From positions 2,016,001 to 2,080,000 of the forward strand of contig CAWETI010000003.1 in NCBI GenBank assembly GCA_963812015.1: 64,000 bases of DNA. The letters are read 5' to 3'. Source of the DNA: an uncultured delta proteobacterium (lineage in GTDB: Bacteria > Desulfobacterota > Desulfobaccia > Desulfobaccales > 0-14-0-80-60-11). The notes beneath the pieces were generated by a model. The model was not told the origin of the DNA. It did no database searches and worked only from the letters and a program-made list of their open reading frames with translations. The stretch's first letter is position 1. The number at the start of each line of letters is the position of its first letter. The translations under genes were made by a program, and so were the position numbers. This document shows positions 1 to 9,848 of this stretch, one piece after another.

Positions 1-2
1 AT

Positions 3-1796
3 ATCCCCTATTCCGTCATGGAGGCTTCGGCCGCCGCGGGTGCGGCTGCCAGCGAACTGAGTGACCAACGCTTCACCCTGGTAACCAAAAAGACCTATCC
101 GCCGGAGCGCAATGTGGCCCAGGAACCCCCTCGCATCGGGGTCTTCGTCTGCAACTGCGGCATCAATATCGGCGGGGTCATCCGGGTCCCGGAAGTGGCG
201 GAATATGCCCGCAGCCTGCCGCACGTGGTGCATGTGGAAGAAAACCTGTACACCTGCTCCCAAGATACCCAGGACCGGATGAACGAAATCATCGCCGAAA
301 AGGGTCTGAACCGGGTGGTGGTGGCGGCCTGCTCACCTCGCACCCACGAGGCCCTTTTCCAGGAAACCATGAATAACGCCAGCTTGAACAAGTACCTGTT
401 TGAGATGGCCAATATTCGCAATCAGGACTCCTGGGTGCATGCCCAGGAACCGGACGTGGCCACCGAAAAGGCGAAAGACCTGGTGCGCATGGCCGTAGCC
501 AAAAGCGCTCTCCTCACCCCGCTGAATGAAGTGGAATTGCCCATGACCCAAACCGCCCTGATCGTCGGGGGCGGGGTCGCCGGGATGGCGAGCGCCCTTA
601 ATCTGGCCCGGCAAGGCTATCCCGTGCATTTAGTGGAACAGGGCGGGGTGCTCGGAGGCGCGGCCAGACGACTTTTGAGCACCTATAAGGGCGAAGATGT
701 CAAAACCTTCCTGGCCCGGTTAACTGCTGAAGTCCAGGCTGAGCCCAAAGTGGCGGTGCATCTCCATACGTCCGTGTCCGAGGTGCAAGGCTTTGTGGGT
801 AATTTCAAGACCACGCTCCTCAGCGGGGATGCTTCCGAAATCATCGAGCACGGCGTCGCCATCCTGGCCACCGGCGCCAAAGAGTATAAGCCCCAGGAGT
901 ATCTTTACGGCGAACACCCCGCGGTAGTGACCCAACTGGAGTTGGACGAACTTTTGCAACAGGGGGATGCCCGCCTGGATCAGGCCGAAAATTTCGCGTT
1001 TATTCAATGCGTGGGTTCCCGGGACGAAAACCATCCCTACTGCTCGAAGGTCTGTTGCACCCACTCGGTGAAAGCGGCCCTGGAGTTGAAGCGCCGCCAG
1101 CCGTACGCCAATATCACCATCCTGTACCGGGACATGCGGACGTATGGCCCCCGGGAGGATCTCTATACTGCGGCCCGTGAACAAGGGGTGCGGTTCTCCC
1201 GCTATGCCCGGCAGGACCCACCCGTGGTGACCAGCCAGGATGGCCGTCTGAGCCTGGCATTTTTCGATCCCATCCTGGGTCGCCGTCTGACTATGGACCT
1301 GGACCTGCTTTGTCTGGCGGCAGCCATCGAATCCCACCAGGATCAGAACCTGGCTCAGATGTTCCGAGTACCGCTGGATGGTGACGGCTGGTTTTTGGAA
1401 GCCCACCAGAAGCTGCGGCCGGTGGATTTCGCCAACGACGGCATCTTTCTCTGCGGCATGGCCCATTATCCCAAGCCGCTGGAAGAAAGCATTGCCCAGG
1501 CCCAGGCGGCGGCGGCCCGGGCCGCGACCTTCCTGTCCAAGGACAGCATCAAGGTGAGTGGACTGGTAGCGCGGATTACCCCTGAGTTCTGCTGCGGTTG
1601 CCAGGCCTGCGTCAATGTCTGCCCGTATCAGGCGGTGAGTTTTGACGAATCCCGGGGCGTGGCCATGGTCAATGAAGCCCTCTGCAAAGGCTGCGGCGCC
1701 TGTGCGGCCACCTGCCCGTGCGAGGCCCCGATGCTGATGGGATTCAATAACCGGCAATTATATGCGCAAATCAAGAACGCCTTGTCTTTTTACTGA
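3..1796 (+). CDS. hdrA: Heterodisulfide reductase subunit A-like flavoprotein, 5'-truncated by the window edge
   Basis: Frame is open from base 3 (IPYSVMEASAAA). Motifs: IGVFVCNCGINI, YTCS, VVAACSPRTHE, IVGGGVAG (FAD), QCVGSR...YCSKVCC, FLEAHQKLRPVDF, and a C-terminal 2x[4Fe-4S] ferredoxin. Confidence 0.93.
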   Translation: MPYSVMEASAAAGAAASELSDQRFTLVTKKTYPPERNVAQEPPRIGVFVCNCGINIGGVIRVPEVAEYARSLPHVVHVEENLYTCSQDTQDRMNEIIAEKGLNRVVVAACSPRTHEALFQETMNNASLNKYLFEMANIRNQDSWVHAQEPDVATEKAKDLVRMAVAKSALLTPLNEVELPMTQTALIVGGGVAGMASALNLARQGYPVHLVEQGGVLGGAARRLLSTYKGEDVKTFLARLTAEVQAEPKVAVHLHTSVSEVQGFVGNFKTTLLSGDASEIIEHGVAILATGAKEYKPQEYLYGEHPAVVTQLELDELLQQGDARLDQAENFAFIQCVGSRDENHPYCSKVCCTHSVKAALELKRRQPYANITILYRDMRTYGPREDLYTAAREQGVRFSRYARQDPPVVTSQDGRLSLAFFDPILGRRLTMDLDLLCLAAAIESHQDQNLAQMFRVPLDGDGWFLEAHQKLRPVDFANDGIFLCGMAHYPKPLEESIAQAQAAAARAATFLSKDSIKVSGLVARITPEFCCGCQACVNVCPYQAVSFDESRGVAMVNEALCKGCGACAATCPCEAPMLMGFNNRQLYAQIKNALSFY

Positions 1797-1819
1797 TGCC
1801 ATAGGGAGAACTGAGGGAT

Positions 1820-2329
1820 ATGGAAAATTTTGAGCCAAAGCTTCTGGCTTTCGTGTGCAACTGGTGCGCTTACGGGGCCGCCGATCTGGCCGGCGTCAGC
1901 CGCATGCAGTATCCGGCCAATATTCGGCTGCTGCGGGTCATGTGTTCCGCCACCGTCTCGCCGCATCACATTCTGAGAGCCTTGCAGAGTGGCGCCGATG
2001 GCATCCTGGTGGCCGGGTGACACCTGGGCGACTGCCATTACCTGTACGGTAATCACATGACCCAAAAGCGGATGAGGTTCATGCAAGAATTATTAAAGGT
2101 TGTCGGCCTGGAGGGGAGATTGCGCCTGGAGTGGATTTCTTCGGCCGAAGCCAATAAATTTGTCAAAGTGGTCACCGAGTTCACGGAGCAGATTCGGAAC
2201 CTGGGCCCCAACCCTCTGGCCAAGAGTTATGGACGGCCTTTGGAGGCCCTGGAAATATCTCCGGTGTTGGGCGCCGCGACCGGTCCCAGTTGCGCCTGCG
2301 GTCACGCCGAAGCAGCCGCCCGGGCCTGA
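1820..2329 (+). CDS. mvhD: MvhD-type [2Fe-2S] subunit, selenoprotein (Sec at TGA 2018-2020)
   Basis: ORFs 1820-2020 and 2057-2329 are in one frame. Read-through gives GILVAG-U-HLGDCHYLYGN, matching the MvhD GCHxGDCHY motif. N-terminal FVCNWCAY. RBS GAGG upstream. Confidence 0.93.
2037..2053 (+). promoter_or_regulatory. Putative SECIS hairpin of mvhD
   Basis: ATTACC-TGTAC-GGTAAT perfect 6-bp stem; loop G lies 24 nt after the UGA. Confidence 0.7.
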
Positions 2330-2354
2330 CCACCTGAGATAAAGGGTACCTGAT

Positions 2355-3164
2355 ATGAAGAATAGAGTGCGTGAATGGCTGGACACCGGCAAGGTGGATC
2401 TGTTCCTGGGTTATAAAAATGTCGATGGACATCCCTTGCCCCATGGTTTCGGTAAAGAAAATCTTCAGGAACTGGAGGCATTGATCATCAGTCCGGCTCG
2501 CTATCCCCTGGAAAAGCTGGCGGCCGAAATTCTGGCGATCAAACCGTCCCTCAAGATCGGTATCTTAGGCCGCGACTGCAACCGCCGGGCCCTGAATGTG
2601 CTGGCGGTGCATCAACAAATAACTCCCGGGCAGATTGAGGTCATGGACGTTAACTGCTGCCCTTCCCAACTCCATAAACATGCGGATTGCTCCTCGCTGC
2701 AACCCCGGACCTACGGAGACGTTAAACTGCAATTGGGCCTCGATAACAACATGTCGGTGAACCAATTGAAAGAATACGATCAAGAGACGGTGTTTTCCAA
2801 GTGGATGTATGAATTCGAGAAATGCCTGAAATGTTATGGCTGCCGGGATATTTGCCCGGTGTGTTTTTGTAAGGAATGTTCTTTGGAGCATGGGGATCTC
2901 ATCGCTTCCGGCGGCTTGCCGCCGGAAGTGCCGCTGTTCCATCTGGTCAGGGCGGTGCACATGGCCGGCCGCTGCATCGACTGCGGTTTGTGCGAAGACG
3001 CCTGCCCGGCGGATATACCTTTACGGCTGCTGTATCGCAGCGTGAACGCCATCGTCAAGGACCTGTTCGGCTACGAAACCGGGACTAGCCACGAACAGCC
3101 GCCTTTCAGCCTCCTGGGCGGCAGTCCCCCCCGGGAAGCCGAACCCCACCGGGAAGCAGTATAA
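2355..3164 (+). CDS. 4Fe-4S dicluster protein, FdhB/FrhB-related (formate dehydrogenase beta-like)
   Basis: KCLKCYGCRDICPVCFCKEC and RAVHMAGRCIDCGLCEDACP motifs; lies between mvhD and fdhA. Confidence 0.8.
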   Translation: MKNRVREWLDTGKVDLFLGYKNVDGHPLPHGFGKENLQELEALIISPARYPLEKLAAEILAIKPSLKIGILGRDCNRRALNVLAVHQQITPGQIEVMDVNCCPSQLHKHADCSSLQPRTYGDVKLQLGLDNNMSVNQLKEYDQETVFSKWMYEFEKCLKCYGCRDICPVCFCKECSLEHGDLIASGGLPPEVPLFHLVRAVHMAGRCIDCGLCEDACPADIPLRLLYRSVNAIVKDLFGYETGTSHEQPPFSLLGGSPPREAEPHREAV

Positions 3165-3191
3165 CTCGGTATCGTAGCCGGGAGAAAAACC

Positions 3192-5231
3192 ATGTATAAA
3201 CTTGTTCCTTCGGTATGTTCTTATTGTGGCACGGGCTGCGGAGTGCTCTTCGAAGTGCTGGACGGCCGGCTGCTGAAAACCCTGCCGCTCAAGACCCATC
3301 CCGTGAATCAGGGAAAATTGTGCATCAAGGGCTGGAACCTGCATGAATTCGTCAACAGCGGCATGCGTCTGCAAGCCCCCCTCCTCAAGCTCAACGGACG
3401 CTTTCATGAAGTAACCTGGGACCGGGCCGTGCAATTCGCCGCAGATCAGCTGACGAGCATCATCAATCAATACGGCCCCGAGAGCGTGGGCGTGCTGGTC
3501 TCGGCCAAAATTACCAACGAAGAAAATTATCTGCTCCAGAAATTTGCCCGGGCCGTGGTCGGCACCAACCATGTCGACCACTGCGCCCGCCTCTGACACT
3601 CCTCCACGGTGGTAGGTCTTGCCGCCGCATTTGGGAGTGGGGCCATGACGAACTCCATCGCCGAAATCGAGGACGCCGCCTGTATCTTCATCATCGGCTC
3701 CAACACTTCGGCCTGCCATCCCCTCATCGCCCGCCGGGTATTTCGGGCCAAGGAGAAAGGCGCCAAACTTATCGTGGCCGACCCGCGCTCCATCCAGATG
3801 AGTCGGTTTGCGGATGTTGCGGTAAATCACCGACTGGGCACCGATGTCGCCCTGCTCAATGGCATGATGCATATCATCCTGAAAAACGGCTGGGAAGATC
3901 GGGAATACATCGCCACCCGGACCGAAGGGTTCGAGGAGCTTAAGGAGGCCGTGGCGGCCTATACACCCCAGCGTGTCCAGGAGATTTGCGGGGTTGCCCC
4001 TGACGACCTGGAAAAGATGACCGAGTTGTACGCCACGCGCCGTCCGGCCCCCATCCTCTACACCATGGGGATAACGCAGCACACCACCGGCGTGGACAAC
4101 GTCAAGACCATCTGCAACCTGGCCATGCTCACCGGCAATGTGGGGATTGCCAGCGCCGGCGTCAACCCCTTGCGCGGCCAGAACAACGTTCAGGGCGCCT
4201 GCGATATGGGTGGGTTGCCCAATGTCTTTACCGGGTATCAACCGGTAAGCAACCCCGAGGCTAATGCCAAATTCTCCCAGGCTTGGGGCCGGCCCCTGTC
4301 CGACAAGCCGGGCTATACCCTCCCGGATATGATCAATGCCATGTCCCAGGAAAAACTCAAAGCCCTCTACGTCATCGGCGAGAACCCGAAATTGAGTGAT
4401 CCCGACGCCAACCACCTCAAGCACGCCTTTAATAACCTTGAACTCCTGATCGTGCAGGATCTCTTCCTGTCGGAAACGGCTCAGGGAGCCCACGTGGTTT
4501 TCCCGGCCGCCTCCACCGCGGAAAAAGACGGCACCTACACCAATACCGAGCGCCGTTGTATGCGGATTCGCAAGGCCATCGAGCCGGTGGGCAACTGTCT
4601 CCCCGATTGGGAAATCGTCGGTAAACTTGCCACGGCCATGGGCTATCCCATGAGCTACCGCGGCCCGGAAGAGGTGTTCCAGGAGATGGCGGCCCTGACC
4701 CCGAGCTATGCCGGCATGAGCTATGAACGCCTGGGCATCGATGGGCTGCAGTGGCCTTGCCCCACTGCCGACCACCCCGGCACGACGTTTTTGCACAGGG
4801 ATAGATTCACCCGGGGACTGGGTAAGTTTCATGCGGTGAATTATCAGCAACCGGCCGAGCAGCCGGATGCCGAATATCCCTATTTTTTGACCACCGGCAG
4901 GATGTTCGCCCATTATCACACCGGCACCATGACCCGGGTGTCCCCGGCTCTGGACCGGGAACAGCCCACCGGTTATGTGGAAATCAACCCGAAAGACGCC
5001 GGCAAGCTGAAGGTTCATGAGGGAGACCTGCTGGTTATTTCTTCTCCCCGGGGCCGCATCGAAGTTCCGGCCAAACTTAGTTTGACCGTGAGACCGGGCA
5101 ACCTCTTCCTCCCCATTCATTTCGGTGAGAACCCCCCGAACGTGCTCACCAACTCCGAGGCTTTGGACCCCCTGGCCAAAATACCGGAGTTCAAAGTGAG
5201 CAAGGCCCGGGTGGAAAAATTGATGGAATAA
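3192..5231 (+). CDS. fdhA: Cytoplasmic formate dehydrogenase alpha subunit (Mo/W-bisPGD), selenoprotein (Sec at TGA 3594-3596)
   Basis: Read-through gives [26 protein letters not shown], the FdhF-type active-site motif. Also CSYCGTGC...LCIKG and PLRGQNNVQGACDMG. No Tat signal. Confidence 0.96.
3607..3627 (+). promoter_or_regulatory. SECIS hairpin of fdhA
   Basis: CGGTGGTA-GGTCT-TGCCGCCG stem-loop starting 11 nt after the UGA; the AGGTCT apex resembles the E. coli fdhF SECIS. Confidence 0.8.
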
Positions 5232-5287
5232 ACCCTTAATCTGAAAAGTCGTAGGATTCTCAAACGACTGACGGTCGGCAGGTGGAC

Positions 5288-5303
5288 TGGAGCACTGATT
5301 GCA
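5288..5303 (+). promoter_or_regulatory. Putative sigma54 (-24/-12) promoter for the HdrD/F-like gene
   Basis: TGGAGCACTGATTGCA: GG-N10-GC spacing with TTGCA at -12. Confidence 0.55.
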
Positions 5304-5393
5304 CCTCAGGGGCCGGTGGAATCGACCCGGCTGCCCTGAATAACCCATAACTTGATCGAATTCCATAGGTTATAATTCTAGTTTGGAGGAAAT

Positions 5394-6728
5394 ATGGCAG
5401 AAGAGGCAGCTACAGAAGTGAGAGCAGGCCGGACGCACCGCAAAATCGGCGGCATCTCCCCCGAGATGGCGGACCGCTGTTATGCCTGTGGAACGTGCTC
5501 CGGCGGTTGTCCCGCCACCGGCCTGGTCCCCGGTTGGGACCCCCGGAAGGCGATCCGGGCTATAGTCTTGGGCCTGGAGCAGGAGGTCATCGACTCCAAG
5601 TGGCCCTGGGTTTGCACCCTGTGCGGCCGGTGCCAGTATCAGTGTCCCATGGGCATCCAGTTGCTCAAGACCTTCCGGGCCTGCCGCACCGCCCGGGATC
5701 GGGACAAAGTGCCGGGGCCGATCCACAAGGGCACCATGATGAATCTCCAGCGGGGCAACAACCTGGGGATTCCCCGTAATGACTTTCTGTTTCTCCTGGC
5801 CGAGCTGGGCGTGGAGATGGAAAACGACGAAAACCAACCCTGCCCCGGTTTCTACGTGCCGGTTGACAAAGAAGGGGCCAACGTTATCGTCACCATCAAC
5901 TCCAAAGAGCCCTTCGGCGAGCCCGACGATATGAAATTTTGGTGGCGCATCTTCTATGCCGCCCAGGAAGACTGGACCGTCTCTTCCACCAACTGGGAGG
6001 GGGTTAACTGGGCCCTGTTCTCCGGCGATGACGAGTCCATGAAGGTCCAGGTGGCCCGAATCATCGAGAATGCCCGACGAATTAAGGCAAAAACTATCTT
6101 GTACCCCGAATGAGGGCACGCCTACTATGCAACCCGGTTCGGGTTCGAAAATTGGTTTCCGGAAGTCTACAAAGAATTTAAGGTTGTCAGCGTCATGGAT
6201 CTGCTGGAGGACTACATCAAATCCGGCCGGATCAAGCTGGACGCTACCAAAATTCACCATCCCTATACGGTGCACGACCCGTGCAATTACGTGCGCAAAT
6301 CCCAGATGGCCTTTGGGCAGTCCACTGCTGAACAGTCACGCTGGATCTCCCAGCAGTGCATTGACCCCAGCCTCTTTCGGGAAATGTGCGACGATCCGAT
6401 GAACAACCTGTGCTGCGGCGCCGGCGGCGGCGCCTGGGCCATGCCTTACGAGAAAGAACGCCTGGCTTACGGCAAGATGAAGGCGGACCAGATCAAAGAC
6501 ACCGGGGCCGAGCTGGTCATCGCCCCGTGTCACAACTGCCGGGACCAGATCCTGAAGGATCTTCCCAAAGCCCATGACATGGGCAACTACAAAGAAACCA
6601 TGTACCTCTGGGAACTGGTGTCCCTGTGCCTGGATTATGAGCCCTGGAGCCAGGCAGAAATCGCCAAGGCCCACGCCGCCCGGGACGCCCAGTTTGAGCG
6701 GGACGGCATCGAGTTGGAAGAGGAATAA
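5394..6728 (+). CDS. HdrD/HdrF-like Fe-S oxidoreductase (HdrC-like ferredoxin plus CCG domain), selenoprotein (Sec at TGA 6111-6113)
   Basis: ORFs 5394-6113 and 6195-6728 are in frame. Read-through gives ILYPE-U-GHAYY (ECGH motif). Also CYACGTCSGGCP, CTLCGRCQYQCP, HDPCN, CCGAGGG, PCHNC. RBS GGAGG. Confidence 0.88.
6131..6145 (+). promoter_or_regulatory. Putative SECIS hairpin of the HdrD/F-like gene
   Basis: AACCC-GGTTC-GGGTT stem-loop; loop GG lies 23-24 nt after the UGA. Confidence 0.68.
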
Positions 6729-6767
6729 GGTTTAGCGTCAGCTCAGCCAACCATCCTTGGCTAAACC

Positions 6768-6804
6768 GGGCCCGGCAGAAGAGAATCTGCCGGGCCCCTT
6801 TTTT
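6768..6804 (+). terminator. Rho-independent terminator
   Basis: 12-bp stem GGGCCCGGCAGA/TCTGCCGGGCCC followed by C and six T. Confidence 0.85.
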
Positions 6805-6897
6805 GTATCGGGTTCTCTCCAGACAAGGCAGGTGATCGCGGTGCAGGGCCGGGAGAGGCTGGACAGCGTGCAGAAATTGATAGTTTTTTACAGCCGG

Positions 6898-9744
6898 TTA
6901 TGGGGTTTCGACCCCCGCCAGCAGCGCCACCGGCAGGTGCTGAAAAATCCCGGCCAGGGACAGCGCCGGCTCCAGGCCTTCGTGAGACACCCGGAGAGTG
7001 GCCCGGGTCAAAACGTTTTCCCAGACCTCGGGGGCCCCGACCGGCAGGGGCAATCCCTCTCTCCCCCACACCGTCACCCCCAGGGGCGGGGTACCGGGGG
7101 CCGCCAGCCGGCTGCACAACCGGGGCACCACCGCCAGGACCCAGGCCTCACCCCTTCTCCGGGCAAAGGCGATGATATGCCGGCGGCTGATGCCCCGACT
7201 CATCAGGGGCAGGTAATCGCCTTCCCGGAAGAGCGCCGGTTTGTCCCGGCGGAAATTGAGGGCTTTAGCGGTGACGAAAAGCTTGATGGTCCCATCCTGC
7301 CACCGGGACAGGAGCCTGCCAAAGAGCGCCCCGGGCGCTTTCGTTTCCTGGGATTTCAATTCTTTGAACAGGGCGAGGCGTTTCCGGTAGTCCACCGGCC
7401 GCCGGTTGTCGGGGTCCACCAGGCTAAAGTCCCAGGTTTCCGTGCCTTGATAAAAGTCCGGTTCCCCGGGCGCGGCGATCTTGAGCACCACCTGGGCCAG
7501 GGAATTCAGGGCCCCGTAGTAAGCCACCTGCTCCTGGAACTGTTGAAAATCTTGCAGGAATTGGTTGTCCGCGGCGGGTTCCAGGATGGCGTCCACAAAG
7601 GCCAACAGGGCTTCTTCATGGTCGTGGTTGGTGGCGATCCAGCGGGTATGCACCTTGGCCTCCCGGGCCGCCTTGATCGTATAAGCCTTCAGGCGCGCCT
7701 TGAAACCGGCCTTCTCCTCTTCCGCCAGGGGCCAGGCCCCGACCATGGTCTGATAGAGCAGCATCTCCTCGTTGGGGTCCGGCACCGGCTGCTGGTCTAC
7801 GTCGAGGAGGTGCCGCTGATTTAGGTCGCGCCACCGGGTGAGATGCGCTTCCCACTGCCGGGGCATTTCCGACAGGACGTTGAGGCGCTGGCGCACGTCC
7901 TCGCTGCGCTTGGTATCGTGGGTGGAGGTGGCGTTCAGGGTGCGGGGCCAGTTGGCCTGCCGGTCAAGATTGACGCGATGGAACTCGTCAACCGGCACCG
8001 GCCGCGCCTCGGAGCCCACTTCGTTCAAGGAGGTCAGGCAGTTGTAGACATAGAGGGCGGTGTCCTCCAAACCCTTGGCCATGATGGCTCCGGTGTACTG
8101 CTGCCAGCGCTTGACGAAGCGCAGCCAGTTCCCCCGCTTTTCCTCGGTGAAGGTGGGGAGAAATTGCAGAAAGAGTACCCGGCGGAGAAGGTCATAGGCT
8201 GCGGCGCCGGGGGCCGGGTTCCGCCGCATGGCCTCATTGATGCTGGCATCCAGGTAACGGCCTTCCCGGGGCGGGATGTCGTATTCCCGGATGTAGGTCC
8301 GGTAAATGGGCAGACAGGCGGTCACCTCTTCCAGGGCCTGGACCAGGGCCCGGTGGGAAATATCCTGGCCGTGGCGATCCTGCTCCGCCAGCATATTGAG
8401 CTCCCGCCCCAGTGACTCCACTTCCCCGCCGAACAAGGTTTCGATGCTGAGCTTCTTCTTTTCATAGACGAGATCGGGGAAACTGCCCTGAAAGCCCGTG
8501 AGCCTGGCATAGAGGGAGCCCAGGTCCCGGTGCCCGCTCTCATCCACGAAGACGCCGTTCACCAGATTGAGGAAATCATAGCCGGTGGTGCCGCAGATGG
8601 GCCAGTCTTGGGGCAGGGGCTCGTCCTGGGAGAGAATCTTCTCCACAAAAATGGGGAACCAGGGGTATCCCGCCGCGCCCACTTCCTTGGGAGTGAGGCG
8701 CTCTTTCAACCGCAAGAGATATTCCAGGGGGTCGAACAAGCCGTCGATATGGTCAATCCTCACCCCGGTCACCTTGCCTTCGCCCACCAGCTTGAAGAGC
8801 AAGGCATGGGCAGCCTCAAAGACCCGGGGGTCTTCCACCCGGATACCGATGAGCTCGTTGATGCTGAAAAATCGCCGGTAATTGATAATATCCAGGGTCA
8901 CCTGCCAGAAGGCCAGGCGATACGGCTGCTTGGCCAGGAGGGTATCCAACCGTTCAAAAGAGGCCGGGTCCCCCCGGCGGCCGTTGAATAGGCCAATATT
9001 GGTATCCAGAAACTCCTGGATTTCCGGCGAGTCCTGGTACAGGAGCCACAATCCTTTCTGGAGTTCTTCCTTTTTCCGCAGCCGTTCCTTGAGTTTTACC
9101 GAGCTGGTCAGGGTGCGGGGCGGCAGTTGTTCCAGCAGGATGATCAGGCCTTGGAGGCCGAGGACGGCGGGATGCCGCTCACCCAGTTGCCGTTCCAGGT
9201 CGTCGAGGCGGAAAGTAAGGATGTCCAGGTAAGTCTTGGGGTCCAGGGGGAAGTGATACTCATAAAAGTCAATTCTAAAGCCGTCTTTCCCCAGGCTCAG
9301 GTGGAGGTCCTGGTCTTCCAGGGCCTGGCCGAAAGGTTTTCCCAGGACCGGTAGGAGCACCCGGTCAATGAGGGTGCCTTTGGAGGGGTGCCAGTCAATA
9401 TCAAAAAATACCGCATAGGGAGACTTGGCGCCGTTCTCCAGCACGTCCATCCACCAGGGGTTGGAGGGGTCCATGGCCATGTGATTGGGCACCACGTCCA
9501 GCAACAGCCCCATGCCGTAAGCTTTGAGCTTGAGGACTAAGTGGTCGAAGGCGGCCTTGGAGCCCAACTCGGGGTTGAGTTCCAGAGGGTTGGTGACGGA
9601 GTAGCCATGGAGACTCCCCCGCCGGGCCTTAAACAGGGGGGAGGCATAAAGGGTGGTGATGCCCAGGTCCCTAAGGTAAGGCAACAGTCTCCGGGCCTCG
9701 AGAAAGCCAAAACCCTGGTGAAGTTGGAGGCGGTAGGTGGCCAT
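6898..9744 (-). CDS. treY: Malto-oligosyltrehalose synthase (GH13)
   Basis: ATYRLQ start, GSLHGYSV, DVVPNHM, INYRRFF, RIDHIDGL, MAKGLEDT, LNEVG, STHDTKRSED, SLVDPDNRRPVD. Confidence 0.95.
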   Translation of the reverse strand: MATYRLQLHQGFGFLEARRLLPYLRDLGITTLYASPLFKARRGSLHGYSVTNPLELNPELGSKAAFDHLVLKLKAYGMGLLLDVVPNHMAMDPSNPWWMDVLENGAKSPYAVFFDIDWHPSKGTLIDRVLLPVLGKPFGQALEDQDLHLSLGKDGFRIDFYEYHFPLDPKTYLDILTFRLDDLERQLGERHPAVLGLQGLIILLEQLPPRTLTSSVKLKERLRKKEELQKGLWLLYQDSPEIQEFLDTNIGLFNGRRGDPASFERLDTLLAKQPYRLAFWQVTLDIINYRRFFSINELIGIRVEDPRVFEAAHALLFKLVGEGKVTGVRIDHIDGLFDPLEYLLRLKERLTPKEVGAAGYPWFPIFVEKILSQDEPLPQDWPICGTTGYDFLNLVNGVFVDESGHRDLGSLYARLTGFQGSFPDLVYEKKKLSIETLFGGEVESLGRELNMLAEQDRHGQDISHRALVQALEEVTACLPIYRTYIREYDIPPREGRYLDASINEAMRRNPAPGAAAYDLLRRVLFLQFLPTFTEEKRGNWLRFVKRWQQYTGAIMAKGLEDTALYVYNCLTSLNEVGSEARPVPVDEFHRVNLDRQANWPRTLNATSTHDTKRSEDVRQRLNVLSEMPRQWEAHLTRWRDLNQRHLLDVDQQPVPDPNEEMLLYQTMVGAWPLAEEEKAGFKARLKAYTIKAAREAKVHTRWIATNHDHEEALLAFVDAILEPAADNQFLQDFQQFQEQVAYYGALNSLAQVVLKIAAPGEPDFYQGTETWDFSLVDPDNRRPVDYRKRLALFKELKSQETKAPGALFGRLLSRWQDGTIKLFVTAKALNFRRDKPALFREGDYLPLMSRGISRRHIIAFARRRGEAWVLAVVPRLCSRLAAPGTPPLGVTVWGREGLPLPVGAPEVWENVLTRATLRVSHEGLEPALSLAGIFQHLPVALLAGVETP

Positions 9745-9848
9745 GACCCTCGTTGATCATCATTCCCGGCCCGAAAAAGTCCGATAACGCTATTAGGGAA
9801 ACGGGGGGTAAACCTGCTCCCCATCGCGGGTTCAGGTAGAGCGTTCCC

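Noticed and set aside
5300..5340. tRNA-like GGTCGATTCC on the minus strand (possible selC)
   Set aside because: The T-loop is incomplete and no cloverleaf can be built; it is just a hairpin.
3021..5366. Long antisense ORFs (this 781-aa one; also 27609-30470, 26068-27603, 36344-37822, 39350-40741 and others)
   Set aside because: Shadow frames of high-GC genes with no recognisable motifs, largely or fully overlapping well-supported genes on the opposite strand.
1820..6728. Pseudogene or split-gene calls for mvhD, fdhA and the HdrD/F-like gene
   Set aside because: Each break is one in-frame TGA at a conserved Cys position followed by a SECIS-like hairpin; Sec recoding explains all three.
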